This document shows, in pieces, positions 63,964-64,000 of a DNA stretch of 64,000 nt. Source of the DNA: Amoebidium appalachense. Its lineage: Eukaryota; Protista; Ichthyosporea. The notes under the pieces were generated by a model, which saw only the letters and a list, made by a program, of their open reading frames with translations, ran no database searches and was not told the DNA's origin. How positions within the stretch are numbered: position 1 is the stretch's first letter; every line of letters begins with the position of its first letter. A program made the translations under genes and the position numbers. The stretch lies in the NCBI GenBank assembly GCA_963693365.1, contig CAVNZM010000003.1, forward strand, positions 11,815,651-11,879,650, written 5' to 3'.

Positions 63964-64000
63964 CCAAAAACTTAGCTAAAAAATTGGGCCTAAAGAGACC
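63964..64000 (-). repeat. Start of another A repeat, cut by the window edge
   Basis: caaaaacttagctaaaaaattgggcctaaagagacc. Confidence 0.85.

Overview
This is eukaryotic, repeat-dominated DNA; the evidence is spliceosomal introns, microsatellites and poly-G/C tracts. Most entries in the ORF track are artefacts of low-complexity sequence. Contents from left to right: (1) 309-5258 (+): a spliced host gene, reconstructed by hand as 11 phase-compatible exons, encoding a Pro/Gln-rich protein with an HeH-like motif and a C-terminal IPWP...RWHPDKF domain resembling the NFKBIL1 C-terminus. One of its introns is a 13-copy minisatellite built from a branch-point/acceptor unit. (2) A small fold-back element at ~6.9 kb. 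(3) 7574-10784: a non-coding LTR element (ATAGT TSD, PBS, PPT) whose 5' LTR is replaced by a 104-bp palindrome of LTR ends. (4) 11574-23894 (-): a Ty3/gypsy element with an integrase chromodomain (ACACC TSD). Its 3' LTR carries an RT-deleted Ty1/copia element (CCGCA TSD, half-tRNA PBS, 401-bp internal duplication). (5) Relics of a DIRS1-type RT/RH/MT element, a copia element and a Harbinger-like transposase. (6) ~27-64 kb: a dense cluster of one tyrosine-recombinase (YR) retrotransposon family with Ngaro/PAT-type split direct repeats (A1-gag-RT/RH-YR-B1-A2-spacer-B2). The cluster contains solo A-spacer-B modules, self-insertions, a compound 3' end apparently inherited between copies, a second related family, and a CAC-ended DNA element inside one gag. 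(7) A THAP/P-element-like transposase relic at the right end. No database searches were run; all family assignments come from motifs read by eye.
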